A stretch of DNA of 64,000 bases from Chloroflexota bacterium (GTDB taxonomy: Bacteria; Chloroflexota; UBA11872; VXOZ01): the NCBI GenBank assembly GCA_965261635.1, contig OZ253463.1:13089-77088 (forward strand), given 5' to 3'. The position numbers and the translations under genes are program-made. Positions 1 through 9,636 of this stretch are shown piece by piece. The notes under the pieces were generated by a model. The model was not told the DNA's origin. It did no database searches and saw only the letters and a list, made by a program, of their open reading frames with translations. Within the stretch, counting starts at the first letter, position 1. The number at the start of each line of letters is the position of its first letter.

Positions 1-1346
1 ATAGCTGGGGCGACACGACGCTCGCGCTGATGAGCGAACCGAATTTCAAGGTGCATCCCGCCCGGCGGCACGAGCAAGCGCGGCAGGTGGGCCGCTTGGA
101 CTTCTGCTCGCCCGGACCGATGTCCGCGCCAAACGACGAAGACCGCCCCGAGGTCTGGCAGGCGCACCGGGATGCTTTTCACGCCAACGACGAGCCGGGG
201 ACCTACGTGCCGTTTCTGGCATACGAGGCGCATCCGGGCACAGGCGGGGACCGCAACGTCGTCTTCTACACGCACGAAGACACCCACATCCCCATGAAAG
301 CCCCTATGGACGACGTAATGGCCGCCTACAGTGGGCGCGATGACGTGCTCTTGGAGGCCCATATCGGCGGCGGCCCGCCCAACTGGACGGCATACCCCAC
401 TAAGGAAGCGCCCTTGCTGGAAGTCACCAGCGGCCACGGCGCCTTCGAGTGGGTGCTGCAACGGGCCCTCCGCCACGGCTACCATCCGGCGGTAATCGGC
501 TCCAGCGACGTGCACCTGCCGACCCTCGGTGCGCCGATGGCGGCCCACTGCTTCCGGGGACGCTTCAACAAAGAGCTTAATATCCGCGATTCTGGTTTTG
601 GGAGCGGACAGGTGGCCGGGGTCTATGCGGCAGCCTGTGAGCGGCAGTCCATTTGGCAAGCAATCCAAAACCGCCGCACCTTCGCCACAACCGGCGCCCG
701 CATCATCCTGGACGTGAGCGTAAACGGGGAAGCAGGCGGCAGCATTATCGAGTCGTCAGGGCCTGTTGTAATTAACATTCGCGCCCATGCCTGCGCGCCG
801 GTCGAGCGGGTAGACCTGATCAGAGGCGACCGCTGTCTGGCATCCTGGTTGCCCGACACGTTGGATACCACGCTTGACTTCACCGACGCGCAGCCGTTGC
901 GCGAGGGGGCTTACTACGTGCGCCTGCGCCAAACCGACGGTGAGTTTGCCTGGAGCACACCGGTCTGGGTCACCTGCGCCCACGGCAGCAATACACCCGA
1001 CCCAGACCTGTCGCTTTGGAACGCCCACGAGCCGGTTGACCTGGCGCAACTGCGCCCCAACGCCGCCGAGCAGTACAAATCCGCGCTCCTGGAGTACCTG
1101 GAAACCGAGGAAGACCCGGCGCTTTTCCAGGACCTGACGCCGGTGAAGCTGCTGGAAGAAGCAACGGGCCGCTCCGCCTTGTTCTATGCTTTCTTTGCAC
1201 CCGACGGCTGGCCGGTAAGCATCCGCTGGTATTACGAATTCGACCTGCCCCGACTGCACCTAGACTGGGGCTGGCGGGACTTCGGCGCACGTCCGACACC
1301 CACCAACATCACCGAACCGGCGGAAGTCAAACCGCCCCTAGCCTGA
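1..1346 (+). CDS. PHP/CehA-McbA-like metallohydrolase (DUF3604-like), 5' truncated by window edge
   Basis: Frame is open back to base 3; motifs YE..GDRNV, EAH, GSSDVH, RRTFATTGARI and C-terminal YYVRLRQTDGEFAWSTPVW. Confidence 0.6.
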   Translation, partial: SWGDTTLALMSEPNFKVHPARRHEQARQVGRLDFCSPGPMSAPNDEDRPEVWQAHRDAFHANDEPGTYVPFLAYEAHPGTGGDRNVVFYTHEDTHIPMKAPMDDVMAAYSGRDDVLLEAHIGGGPPNWTAYPTKEAPLLEVTSGHGAFEWVLQRALRHGYHPAVIGSSDVHLPTLGAPMAAHCFRGRFNKELNIRDSGFGSGQVAGVYAAACERQSIWQAIQNRRTFATTGARIILDVSVNGEAGGSIIESSGPVVINIRAHACAPVERVDLIRGDRCLASWLPDTLDTTLDFTDAQPLREGAYYVRLRQTDGEFAWSTPVWVTCAHGSNTPDPDLSLWNAHEPVDLAQLRPNAAEQYKSALLEYLETEEDPALFQDLTPVKLLEEATGRSALFYAFFAPDGWPVSIRWYYEFDLPRLHLDWGWRDFGARPTPTNITEPAEVKPPLA

Positions 1347-1644
1347 CGGAGACAATACTGGCCGGAATCTCGCCAAGAGGACCGTCATTCCTGTAAGTGT
1401 TGGCTAATTCGTTGACTAATTCGTCAATCCAGTTGACACCCCGGATAGTAGAAGACGGTCGGCTCCGTCTTTCCGGCGAAAAGCCTGCCCCGTACTCGAT
1501 ACGGGGCCGGAATCCATCTTCACTGCACCCTAGAGTCCGGCCCTGTACTTGATACGGGGCCTGATATTAGCGCTGGAGGAGTGAATCCGTAGGTTTTCCG
1601 TCATTCTCGCGCAAGCGAGAACCTATACTTAGAGGAACATACCC

Positions 1645-2721
1645 ATGAGTACCCCGTCATTCCCGCAGAGGAAGGAAATAAACGTCATGCGCCCCCTTGC
1701 TTTCGAATACGACCTCTCGCAGCACGTCGATGAAGCGGAGCCCGCCATGCTCTTTAACGGCTCCACCGCCGAGGAGCTTCGCGATTGGCAAGAACGCTTC
1801 CGCGCCAAGGTGCTGAGCCTGCTGGGTATTCTGCCCGAACGCGCCGCGCTCGTCGTCGAATTTGAATCAGAAACAGACTGCGGCACGTACATCCGCCACA
1901 AGATCCGCTACCAGACTGAGCGCGACGTCTGGGTGCCGGCCTATCTCCTGGTGCCCAAGGGTGTGTCTGCAACGCAGAAATCGGCGGCGATCCTCTGCCT
2001 GCACGGGCACGGGCGGTTCGGCAAAGACAGCGTCGTCGGCATTGACGATACGCCGGAGCGCGCGGAGGAAGTAGACCGCCTGCAATACGATTTCGGCCGC
2101 CGCTTTGCGGAGCAGGGCTACGTGGTGCTGGCGCCCGACCTGCGCGGCTTTGGCGAGCGCCAGCCGCACTACCCCGACCCCAAGCCCGATTACTGCTGCC
2201 GCAACTACATGGCCGCCACTCTGCTGGGCCGCACCGTGGTCGGCTACCAACTCTGCGACCTGCACGCGGCGCTGGACGTGCTGCAGTCACTGCCGTACGT
2301 CGATTCCGAAAAGCTGGCCGCGGCAGGGCTTTCTTACGGCGGACGCATGACCATGGTGATCAGCGCCATGGACCCCCGCATCAAGGTCTGCGTGCCCTCC
2401 GGCTGCCTGAACATGTACCAGGAACGCTTCCAGAATCTAAAACAGTGCGGCTCGCAACTCATTCCCAGCTTGCTCCTCTACGGCGACACACCGGAGATAT
2501 TCTCGCTCATCGCGCCGCGCCCGATGGTCATCGAGTGGGGCCTGCAGGATAAGCTCATCCCTCACGAGTGGGCCGAACGCGGCCTCGCCCGTATCCGCCA
2601 GGCCTACGCCGCTTCCGGCGAGCCGGATAACCTCACCCTGCACCAATTCGACAAAGGCCACGTCTTCGAAGGCACCGTAGGCGCGGAAATGCTAGACAAT
2701 TGGCGGGAAGGCAAATGCTAG
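1645..2721 (+). CDS. alpha/beta hydrolase (dienelactone hydrolase / acetyl-esterase-like)
   Basis: LCLHGHG, PDLRGFGER, nucleophile elbow GLSYGG, C-terminal GH; RBS gagga. Confidence 0.8.
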   Translation: MSTPSFPQRKEINVMRPLAFEYDLSQHVDEAEPAMLFNGSTAEELRDWQERFRAKVLSLLGILPERAALVVEFESETDCGTYIRHKIRYQTERDVWVPAYLLVPKGVSATQKSAAILCLHGHGRFGKDSVVGIDDTPERAEEVDRLQYDFGRRFAEQGYVVLAPDLRGFGERQPHYPDPKPDYCCRNYMAATLLGRTVVGYQLCDLHAALDVLQSLPYVDSEKLAAAGLSYGGRMTMVISAMDPRIKVCVPSGCLNMYQERFQNLKQCGSQLIPSLLLYGDTPEIFSLIAPRPMVIEWGLQDKLIPHEWAERGLARIRQAYAASGEPDNLTLHQFDKGHVFEGTVGAEMLDNWREGKC

Positions 2722-3179
2722 GTGCAGTCTTTGAGAGAAGAGCGCAGGGCGAGTTCCGGACACATTGAGTGAATGTCGCCTAGCAACTTGGGTAGAGCAA
2801 CAGCAGCGGCCTTTTGCGTCTTTAGCTGGCAATCCCAAATGACCAGCTGACTCCAGCCTACCTGCTTCAGTTTTTCTGCAACTGAGGAGTCTCTTTTCTT
2901 GTTGCCATCAATCTTAGCACGCCAGAATTCTGAATTGGTCTTCGGGGGTCTACCTCTAGAGCAGCCCTCGTGACCGTGCCAGAAGCAGCCATGCACAAAT
3001 ACTGCTAACTTGCACCGATAGAGGACTATGTCTGGCCTACCTGGAATATCTGTCGCATGCAAGCGGTATCGGATACCCTTAGACCACAGAAATCTACGCA
3101 CTAGCACCTCGGGGCCGGTGTCTTTGCTGTGAACTGCAGCCATATTCCGACTGCGCTTTTCTTTGCTAAGAGTATCCAT
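2718..3179 (-). CDS. vsr: very short patch repair endonuclease Vsr
   Basis: MDTLSKEKRSRNMAAVHSKDTGPE, PGRPDIV, FVHGCFWHGH, FWRAKIDGNKKRD; start placed at ATG 3179. Confidence 0.9.
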   Translation of the reverse strand: MDTLSKEKRSRNMAAVHSKDTGPEVLVRRFLWSKGIRYRLHATDIPGRPDIVLYRCKLAVFVHGCFWHGHEGCSRGRPPKTNSEFWRAKIDGNKKRDSSVAEKLKQVGWSQLVIWDCQLKTQKAAAVALPKLLGDIHSMCPELALRSSLKDCT

Positions 3180-3243
3180 TTCCTTGCAAAGAACCACTCT
3201 CAGAGTAAATCGGGGAAACCGATCGGAGGCTGCACGCTGCTCT

Positions 3244-3810
3244 CTAGTTTCTCTCGAACTTGTGTCGAAGCCAGTCAAGTGCTTTCCGTTGATCTGCTTC
3301 TGAAGCTCTCCTAATCTGGCTCATTAGCCAAACATGAGTTGGCGGTTCTTGAGTAACGTTCTTCGCCCCTTCGTTACATTGACTGCAGAGGGCGCGAAGA
3401 TTGCTTAGTATGTCGGCGCCGCCGTGGCTTTTGTCAACAATGTGTCCTACATGAAGCCTTGCTTTTCTTTCATCGTCCATTGGATCCCCTGCTGCAATCC
3501 CGCACATTTGACAGGTGTATCCGTTGCGTTCGAGCACTTGAGCGCGCAATCGCGCCGAAAGTGCCCTCGAAAAGCTATACACACCTGGTTCGGGTGGCTG
3601 TTCCTCAAGGACATATTCACCAGGCTTAAGGTCTGCACGGTCATTGTGGGTGGAGATGTTCCACCCTTCTTCGCGGCGCAACTCGCGCACTCTTCGCGCC
3701 CACTCAGTGACAGGGCCTGCAGCTTCCTGAAGCTCCGCACTAGTTACGACTTCACCAACTCGGGTTCGAAAGAATTGGCGTAGTTTCTCTTTTGCCGAAA
3801 TGCGAGGCAT
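3244..3810 (-). CDS. HNH endonuclease with N-terminal helical/wHTH-like region; putative restriction endonuclease
   Basis: CQMCG...LHVGHIVDKSHGG...NLRALCSQCNEG; lies between a C5 MTase and vsr. Confidence 0.8.
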   Translation of the reverse strand: MPRISAKEKLRQFFRTRVGEVVTSAELQEAAGPVTEWARRVRELRREEGWNISTHNDRADLKPGEYVLEEQPPEPGVYSFSRALSARLRAQVLERNGYTCQMCGIAAGDPMDDERKARLHVGHIVDKSHGGADILSNLRALCSQCNEGAKNVTQEPPTHVWLMSQIRRASEADQRKALDWLRHKFERN

Positions 3811-4501
3811 CTTCCACCACCCCAAGATGTCTCAAAATCTCGTTACCGATATACTGCGCGTAAGCTGGAGGTATCGCTTCATTCAGCTCCCGCTTAGTCA
3901 TCCAATCTATCCCCATAGCATCTCTTGCTGCAGCAACCGATGAGTTGCCACCACCAGTAACCTGCACAAAGTCCGTCCATTCGCAGGTCTTACCGTAGTG
4001 ATTCTTGCGCTTGTCAAGCGTATGCACTAGTGGATGTTCACCATGTGGAATGTGATAAGGCTGGGCAATTAGAAAGTTTGATTCAAATAGACGGTGCCGG
4101 ATAACACGCAGATTAGGAAACATAGTCCCGCAAAGGACAATGGGGAAAAGCAACGGGGCCCCTTCAACATTCTCAATTACCCATGGCTTTCCGGTTTCAT
4201 TCAACATTCGGCGAATCGGTTCAATCAGTCGGGGCCAATCATCCCCATTACCGTTTCGCTTCGCTAAGTCAGAATAGGCTTGGCAAGGAGGGGAAGCGTG
4301 AATCGCATCGAATTGTCCAAGGAATTTAGGGCTCAGTTCGAGCGCATCCGCTCTTATGAATTGATAGGAGTAATTTGGCTGTGGCTCAATATCGACGCCA
4401 GTAACCTCAAATCCGGCACGGTGATATCCAACTGCCGCTCCCCCTGCGCAAGAGAACAGGTCTAGCAACTTCGGTCGGTCTATCAGACTGTTGGAAGGCA
4501 C
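3752..4501 (-). CDS. compact C5-cytosine DNA methyltransferase
   Basis: Motif I LDLFSCAGG, motif IV SPPCQ, motif VI ENV, RHRLFE, motif X-like EAIPPAY. Confidence 0.85.
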   Translation of the reverse strand: MPSNSLIDRPKLLDLFSCAGGAAVGYHRAGFEVTGVDIEPQPNYSYQFIRADALELSPKFLGQFDAIHASPPCQAYSDLAKRNGNGDDWPRLIEPIRRMLNETGKPWVIENVEGAPLLFPIVLCGTMFPNLRVIRHRLFESNFLIAQPYHIPHGEHPLVHTLDKRKNHYGKTCEWTDFVQVTGGGNSSVAAARDAMGIDWMTKRELNEAIPPAYAQYIGNEILRHLGVVEDASHFGKRETTPILSNPSW

Positions 4502-4731
4502 GAGGTGATTTCCTTTTGCCAGCTACTTAATACACGTGGACCTCACACCACCCGTCCAACTCTCTCCCAAGTGTCTCTGACATCCCAGTATTGTACTTTT
4601 GCACCTAATCGTCAACAAAAGCACTATTTTGTTCGACCATGGCGTCGTGATGCTGACCGAAGACACTCACAGATTTCCATGATCAAAAGAATTCCTGTCG
4701 ATCAATGTAGAACCAACTGTGTCTACGATTC

Positions 4732-5571
4732 TCAACCCCTTAGCCAGCCAGCCATCCAGACGCTAATCTCCTGTGCCAACTCTTCCGGGCTTTCGCCGTG
4801 GCTGGGTCTGGTGACTTCCATCGTCCAGGGGCCCAGATAGCCGATCTCTGCGAACGCCGCGCGAATTGCGGGCCAATCAAAGTAACCCAGGGTAGGTGAG
4901 TGGTGGTCGCCGCGGTCCTCCCGCACGTTGAGGTCATGCATATGTGTGCCGCACAATCGATCGCCGGCGGCGCGGATATCATCTGCCGGATCGCGTTCGA
5001 CCCTGCCGACGTGTCCCAGGTCAATGATGAGGCCCACCGCCGCGCTGGGGTAAGGGTCGATTACCTCGCGGAGTTCCCGCATGTTGTTGAGCGGCATCTG
5101 TGGATAAGGGAGGTTCTCCAGCGTAACGCGCACGCCGGCCTCCTCAATAACGGGCATCAGGGCATCCAGCGAACGCTGTATCGCCTCTCGTAGCCGCTGG
5201 GGCAGCGTCGGATCATCCGTATCGGGCACTAGGGTAGGGCTTGGGATGGGATGAATGACTACCTCAGTCAATCCGAGATGGCCGGCCATGCGTACGAATT
5301 GGCTCAAGACGCCAACGCTCTCCCTGGCCCAATCCTCATCCAGGGCGGCGAGGATGGAGCGGCCTGATGGCGCGTGCATCGTCCTGGCGCGGACGGCGTG
5401 CGCAGCGAATAGCCTTTCGAGACGACGCTGCTCCTGCATGTCTGCCGCGCGCACATGAGGCTCTCTTACATTGATCTCGGCTTGGGGAAAGCCAACCGCG
5501 CCGATAGCGTCTAGGGCGGCAGCGAGGTCACGGTCAGTAAAAAGTGCTGTTGTACAGCTTGTATTCTTCAT
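4732..5571 (-). CDS. sugar phosphate isomerase/epimerase (AP endonuclease 2 TIM barrel)
   Basis: TLENL, IDLGH, THMHD, DHH, WTMEV. Confidence 0.8.
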   Translation of the reverse strand: MKNTSCTTALFTDRDLAAALDAIGAVGFPQAEINVREPHVRAADMQEQRRLERLFAAHAVRARTMHAPSGRSILAALDEDWARESVGVLSQFVRMAGHLGLTEVVIHPIPSPTLVPDTDDPTLPQRLREAIQRSLDALMPVIEEAGVRVTLENLPYPQMPLNNMRELREVIDPYPSAAVGLIIDLGHVGRVERDPADDIRAAGDRLCGTHMHDLNVREDRGDHHSPTLGYFDWPAIRAAFAEIGYLGPWTMEVTRPSHGESPEELAQEISVWMAGWLRG

Positions 5572-5751
5572 AAAATGGCTCCTCGTGCCCGCGCCATCGG
5601 GCCGGCTAAGTTACGGGCGACGACTGTGTGCGACCAAAATTCTCGGTTGAGATAGAACTGTGGGTAAGCAGACACATCTATTTCCGGCCCACGTAATCCA
5701 AGAGCCTTCTTGCGCAGAAAAAACAGGCCGTGTCCCGCCTAAACCTGGGAC

Positions 5752-5779
5752 GTAGGGGCACGACATGTCGTGCCCCTAC
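5752..5779. repeat. REP-like family D (gtaggggcacgacatgtcgtgcccctac)
   Basis: Perfect palindrome; relatives near 43955 and 56863. Confidence 0.7.
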
Positions 5780-5926
5780 GGGAATACGCTATTGGCAGCG
5801 GCGCGCGAAGCTAATCGCCACCGCCGGGGAGCGGCGGGCGCAGGTTACAAACCTACGCTACCGGAGTAAGAATCCCGCTATACTCCACAACTCGATATTG
5901 TTGGCCTAAATTACTAAACCCCAGTG

Positions 5927-6595
5927 CTACCCGTACCGTTCTTCGGTCCAGGGGTCGCCGCGCATGTGATAGCCGCGTTGCTCCCAGAAGCCGGGAGAGT
6001 CGGCGTTAACGAACTCCAGGCCGCGCAGCCACTTGGCGCTCTTCCAAAAGTAGAGGTGGGGTACCATCAAGCGCAGCGGCCAGCCGTGATCCAGCGCAAG
6101 GTTCTCGCCATTGTGCTTGTACGCCAGCAGCACGTCGTCGCGCAGGAAGTCCGCCAGCGGCAGGTTGGCGGTGTAGCCCTGCTCGGCATGGGCGATCACG
6201 TGGGTCGCATTTGGCTTGATTTTGGCCTGCTCCGCCACGTACAGGGCCGGGACACCCTCAAACACGTTGTCGAGCAGGCTCCACGTGGTGACGCAATGGA
6301 TGTCGCAGAGCACCTTCTTCGTGGGCAGGCCCATGAACGTCTCGTAGTCCCAGGCGAGCGGGTTCTCCACCATGCCGACAATGCGGATATCCCATCTGGC
6401 GGCATCGAAACGGGGTGTGGAGCCATACGTGAGCACCGGCCAACCGCGCGTGACCCATTGCCCCGGCGGTACGCGCGCTAGGTCTGTGGGTCGAGCGTCC
6501 AACGCGTCGGCGGCCTCCTGGCGCACGCTCTCCGGCATCGCCGTGTTGTCATCTCCCTGCCTACCAAGTCCTGCGAGAAACCGTCCCAAATCCAT
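5927..6595 (-). CDS. sulfite oxidase-like molybdopterin-binding oxidoreductase
   Basis: PPGQ, DIHCVTTWS, HGWPLRLMVPHLYFWKSAKW, GFWEQRGYH. Confidence 0.9.
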   Translation of the reverse strand: MDLGRFLAGLGRQGDDNTAMPESVRQEAADALDARPTDLARVPPGQWVTRGWPVLTYGSTPRFDAARWDIRIVGMVENPLAWDYETFMGLPTKKVLCDIHCVTTWSLLDNVFEGVPALYVAEQAKIKPNATHVIAHAEQGYTANLPLADFLRDDVLLAYKHNGENLALDHGWPLRLMVPHLYFWKSAKWLRGLEFVNADSPGFWEQRGYHMRGDPWTEERYG

Positions 6596-6731
6596 TGTGC
6601 TTCTCCCTCCTGTCCACACCTGCCGCAAGGCTAATCGATGTCTTCCCCAATTGGCCGCTTTCGAATAGCAACCGCATCTGCACTGTTCGTTCCGGCGCTG
6701 AAGGGTCCCACTCCCAATGTACCCGCTTACA

Positions 6732-6850
6732 TCCGTTCATCCTTCGACAGGCTCAGGACGAACGGATTCTGACTTCCTCAAGGCGCGCACGCCCAGGACG
6801 AACAGATTCCGACATCCTCAGTTGCACGCTCGCTCAGGACGAACGGACGC
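6732..6850. repeat. REP-like family A (ccgttc..ccttcgacaggctcagg..gaacgg)
   Basis: Three partial units here; relatives near 40354, 42285-42560, 48469 and 48724. Confidence 0.7.
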
Positions 6851-7108
6851 TCATTTTGCGCAGCCTGTCCGGCTCACTAGTCCGGCCGGATAAACACAAC
6901 CGGCTCCGGCCGGATGACCCCAACCGGCCCGTAAGCCCCATCCTTCCGGTAGCGCAGGTTTGCAACCTGCGTCATCCGGCATAGGCGCCGGTCAGGCGCG
7001 CTCGCCCTATCATTTAGCGTGGCAACATTGCCTAGCGTCTCCTGACCGCGCGAGGCACAGCCCCACGTATCTCCAGATTAGCACAGCACTTGCGGTTACT
7101 GTACCTGC

Positions 7109-8149
7109 TTACCCACAAACCTGGCGGAAGACGCGCAAGTGGTTGAGGCCAAGCATCTTGCGCAGGTCGTCCTCTTTCCAGCCGCGAGCGAGCAAGCCCT
7201 CAGTTATCTGCGGCACCACGGTGGCGTCTTTCAGCACGTCGCCGCCGCCATCGAAGTCCGAACCCAGGCCGATGCAGTCTGTGCCGCCTACCTGAGCGAT
7301 GTGGTCGAAATGGTCGAGCAGCCGCTCCAGGGTGCGCTTGCTTTCATCGGCATCCACGAACGCCGGCACGTACGTCACGCCGATCACGCCGCCGTTGGCG
7401 GCCACGGCCCGAATCTGGTCGTCGGTGAGGTTGCGCGGATGCTCGCAGAGGGCGCGGCAAGCGTTGTGGGAGCCGATAATCGGCGCGGTCGTGACCTCCA
7501 TCACGTCCCAGAAGCCCCGGTCGCTGATGTGGGAGATATCCACGATCATGCCGTGTTCGTTCATCAAGCGCACCAGGTCGCGCCCAAAGTGCGTCAGGCC
7601 GCCGCCGGTGACGTTCTCGAACGCGCCGTCGGCAGCATGGGCGCGGTAACTCCACGTGAGCGTCATGGAGCGCACGCCGAGACGATGGAGCACCGGTAGC
7701 ACCCAGAGGCTGCGTTCCAGCACCTCGGAGTTCTCAATGGTGAGTACAGCGGCGATCCTGCCGCTCGCCACGATCGCTTCTATCTCGTCTGCCGTAGTCG
7801 CCACCGCAATCTGATCGGGATAGGCATCCACCTCAGCCAGGAACCAGCCAAAGGCATCCATTGCGTACAACAGATGATTACCCCAGGCGCGGGTGACGTC
7901 CACTGCGCAGTAAACCACGTCGATGCCGCCGGCACGCAGCTTGGGCAGGTTGACCTGCATCTCGTGCCCCTCAGGTACCGCCGTACCCCGCAAGAACGCC
8001 ACGACGCTCTCCGGCTCCGTGCGGGCCGGCGCCTCGGGACCGGCAATACTCTCCCCGTTGCGCCGGATGTAGGCGACAATGGCGTCATTGTGGGAATCGA
8101 TGACAAGGGACGACTTGTGCAACGCAGAGGCGGTAGATTCAGTAGCCAT
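7109..8149 (-). CDS. membrane-type dipeptidase (peptidase M19)
   Basis: IDSHND, TIEN, DISH, SHNACRAL..HPRNLTD, GLGSDFDG. Confidence 0.9.
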   Translation of the reverse strand: MATESTASALHKSSLVIDSHNDAIVAYIRRNGESIAGPEAPARTEPESVVAFLRGTAVPEGHEMQVNLPKLRAGGIDVVYCAVDVTRAWGNHLLYAMDAFGWFLAEVDAYPDQIAVATTADEIEAIVASGRIAAVLTIENSEVLERSLWVLPVLHRLGVRSMTLTWSYRAHAADGAFENVTGGGLTHFGRDLVRLMNEHGMIVDISHISDRGFWDVMEVTTAPIIGSHNACRALCEHPRNLTDDQIRAVAANGGVIGVTYVPAFVDADESKRTLERLLDHFDHIAQVGGTDCIGLGSDFDGGGDVLKDATVVPQITEGLLARGWKEDDLRKMLGLNHLRVFRQVCG

Positions 8150-8449
8150 GCTTGCTCCTTATGCACTCAATGAGACACCCAGTGATTTTGAACGCGGCGC
8201 AATGCTAGAATGGAAACATATGAACCCATCGGCGGCATCAGTAACCCACTTCGGGCAGCTGCTGATAGTCTAAACCCCAAGGGGTGTAATAGAGTAATGC
8301 ACCCCTTGAATCACATCTGGGCCCATGGCTACCGCTTTCCGATGATTACCACACGGGAGAAATCTGCGCGGGAGTTCTCCTTGATTGTAGGTATATCCAA
8401 CCAATACCGTGCAACGCCCATGTCGCCAGACTATTCCTAACCAGCTCCA

Positions 8450-8478
8450 CTGGATTCCGGCTTTCGCCGGAATGACGG
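8450..8478. repeat. REP-like family B (dRS3-like ggattcc-N-ggaatgac)
   Basis: tggattccggctttcgccggaatgac; relatives near 1470, 29640-29690 and 50938. Confidence 0.7.
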
Positions 8479-8568
8479 TCGAGGCACCCGCGGCACTCAC
8501 GCACTGACCATTACCACGTCGTGCGCAAAATTAAACGGTGTTGCGGGAGCATTGGAAAGAAGTGTTCG

Positions 8569-9531
8569 CTAGTTGCCCTCTTTCGTCACCACGTCGATCA
8601 GCGCTTGGATGTAGCCGTTCGCAAAGGCGCGGCCCCGGTGGCCCCACGTGGAATCGCCGTCGGTCTGCGGCACGTGGTCGTCGATGAAGAAACCGTCGAA
8701 GCCGACCTCATGGTAGATTTGCATTGTCTTGTGCATGTCCACGTAGCCGGTATTGATGAACTCTTCCTGGAACTTCGGCACAGGACTTGAGACGTTGCGG
8801 AAGTGCACGTAGAGAATCTTCTTGCGCTCGCCAAAGTAGCGGATCATCTCGTAGATGTCCTCGCCCTGCATCTCGGCAAACGTGCCTTGGCAGAACTCGA
8901 CGGCGTTACAGTCGGATGGGTAAATTTCGATGAGGCGCTTATAAGAGTCGAAATTGCGGAAGAGCAGGGGAATTCCGCCAAGCCTTTCCATCGGCGGGTC
9001 GCAGGGATGGATGCCCAGGCGGATGCCTTCTTCCTCGGCAATGGGTGTGATGAGCTTGATCCAGTATTCGAGATTCTGCCAAACCTCCTCTTCGCTATAC
9101 TCGCGCCCATGGGAGATCGGCTTCTGCTCGGCCTCGGCGTAGTCGAATGCCGTCGCTACGGCTCCGCAACGGATCTCCGCGGGTGTGGTGCGCCAGACGT
9201 GGGATGGCATCCAATGATAGCCAAAGATGGGAATGCCCGCCCGTGCCATGTTGCGTATGGTGTAGACCATGTTCTCGATCTGCTCGTCGCGGCGCGGGCC
9301 GCCCAGCATCACGTCGTCGTAGAAGGAGACCGGCACGTTTTCGAGCGCAGCGAGCTTCAGCCCGTACTGCTCGATGTCCTTGCGAAGCTTCACGAGGTCG
9401 TCGAGTTCCCAGCGCCCGTTATCGCTTGGCAGATTCGCAGTGTTGAGTAGCACGTCCGTCGCGCCAAATTGCGCTGCGAATTGCAGATACTCCGGTAACG
9501 GATCACGGAATTGACCGAACCCTACTCTCAT
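8569..9531 (-). CDS. uxuA: mannonate dehydratase family protein
   Basis: GIHPCDPP, FCQG, YVHFRNV, DDHVP, AFANGYIQAL. Confidence 0.8.
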   Translation of the reverse strand: MRVGFGQFRDPLPEYLQFAAQFGATDVLLNTANLPSDNGRWELDDLVKLRKDIEQYGLKLAALENVPVSFYDDVMLGGPRRDEQIENMVYTIRNMARAGIPIFGYHWMPSHVWRTTPAEIRCGAVATAFDYAEAEQKPISHGREYSEEEVWQNLEYWIKLITPIAEEEGIRLGIHPCDPPMERLGGIPLLFRNFDSYKRLIEIYPSDCNAVEFCQGTFAEMQGEDIYEMIRYFGERKKILYVHFRNVSSPVPKFQEEFINTGYVDMHKTMQIYHEVGFDGFFIDDHVPQTDGDSTWGHRGRAFANGYIQALIDVVTKEGN

Positions 9532-9636
9532 TAGTAGTCCTCCTTAGCACTAAATCAAGCTTGACCGACGACGGCCTGCATGTCCATGCAATGCGCCGAC
9601 TGAAATCACCCTCACCTTAGCCCTCTCCCTCAACAG

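Noticed and set aside
6732-6850. Three spaced caggacgaac repeats as a CRISPR array
   Set aside because: Units are degenerate, belong to a dispersed REP-like family, and no cas genes are present.
6595-6984. 129-aa ORF containing FILRQAQDER
   Set aside because: Translation of REP-like repeats, with no protein motifs.
8270-8500. ORF starting MSAAGASTVIPAKAGIQ
   Set aside because: VIPAKAGIQ is the translation of the family B repeat.
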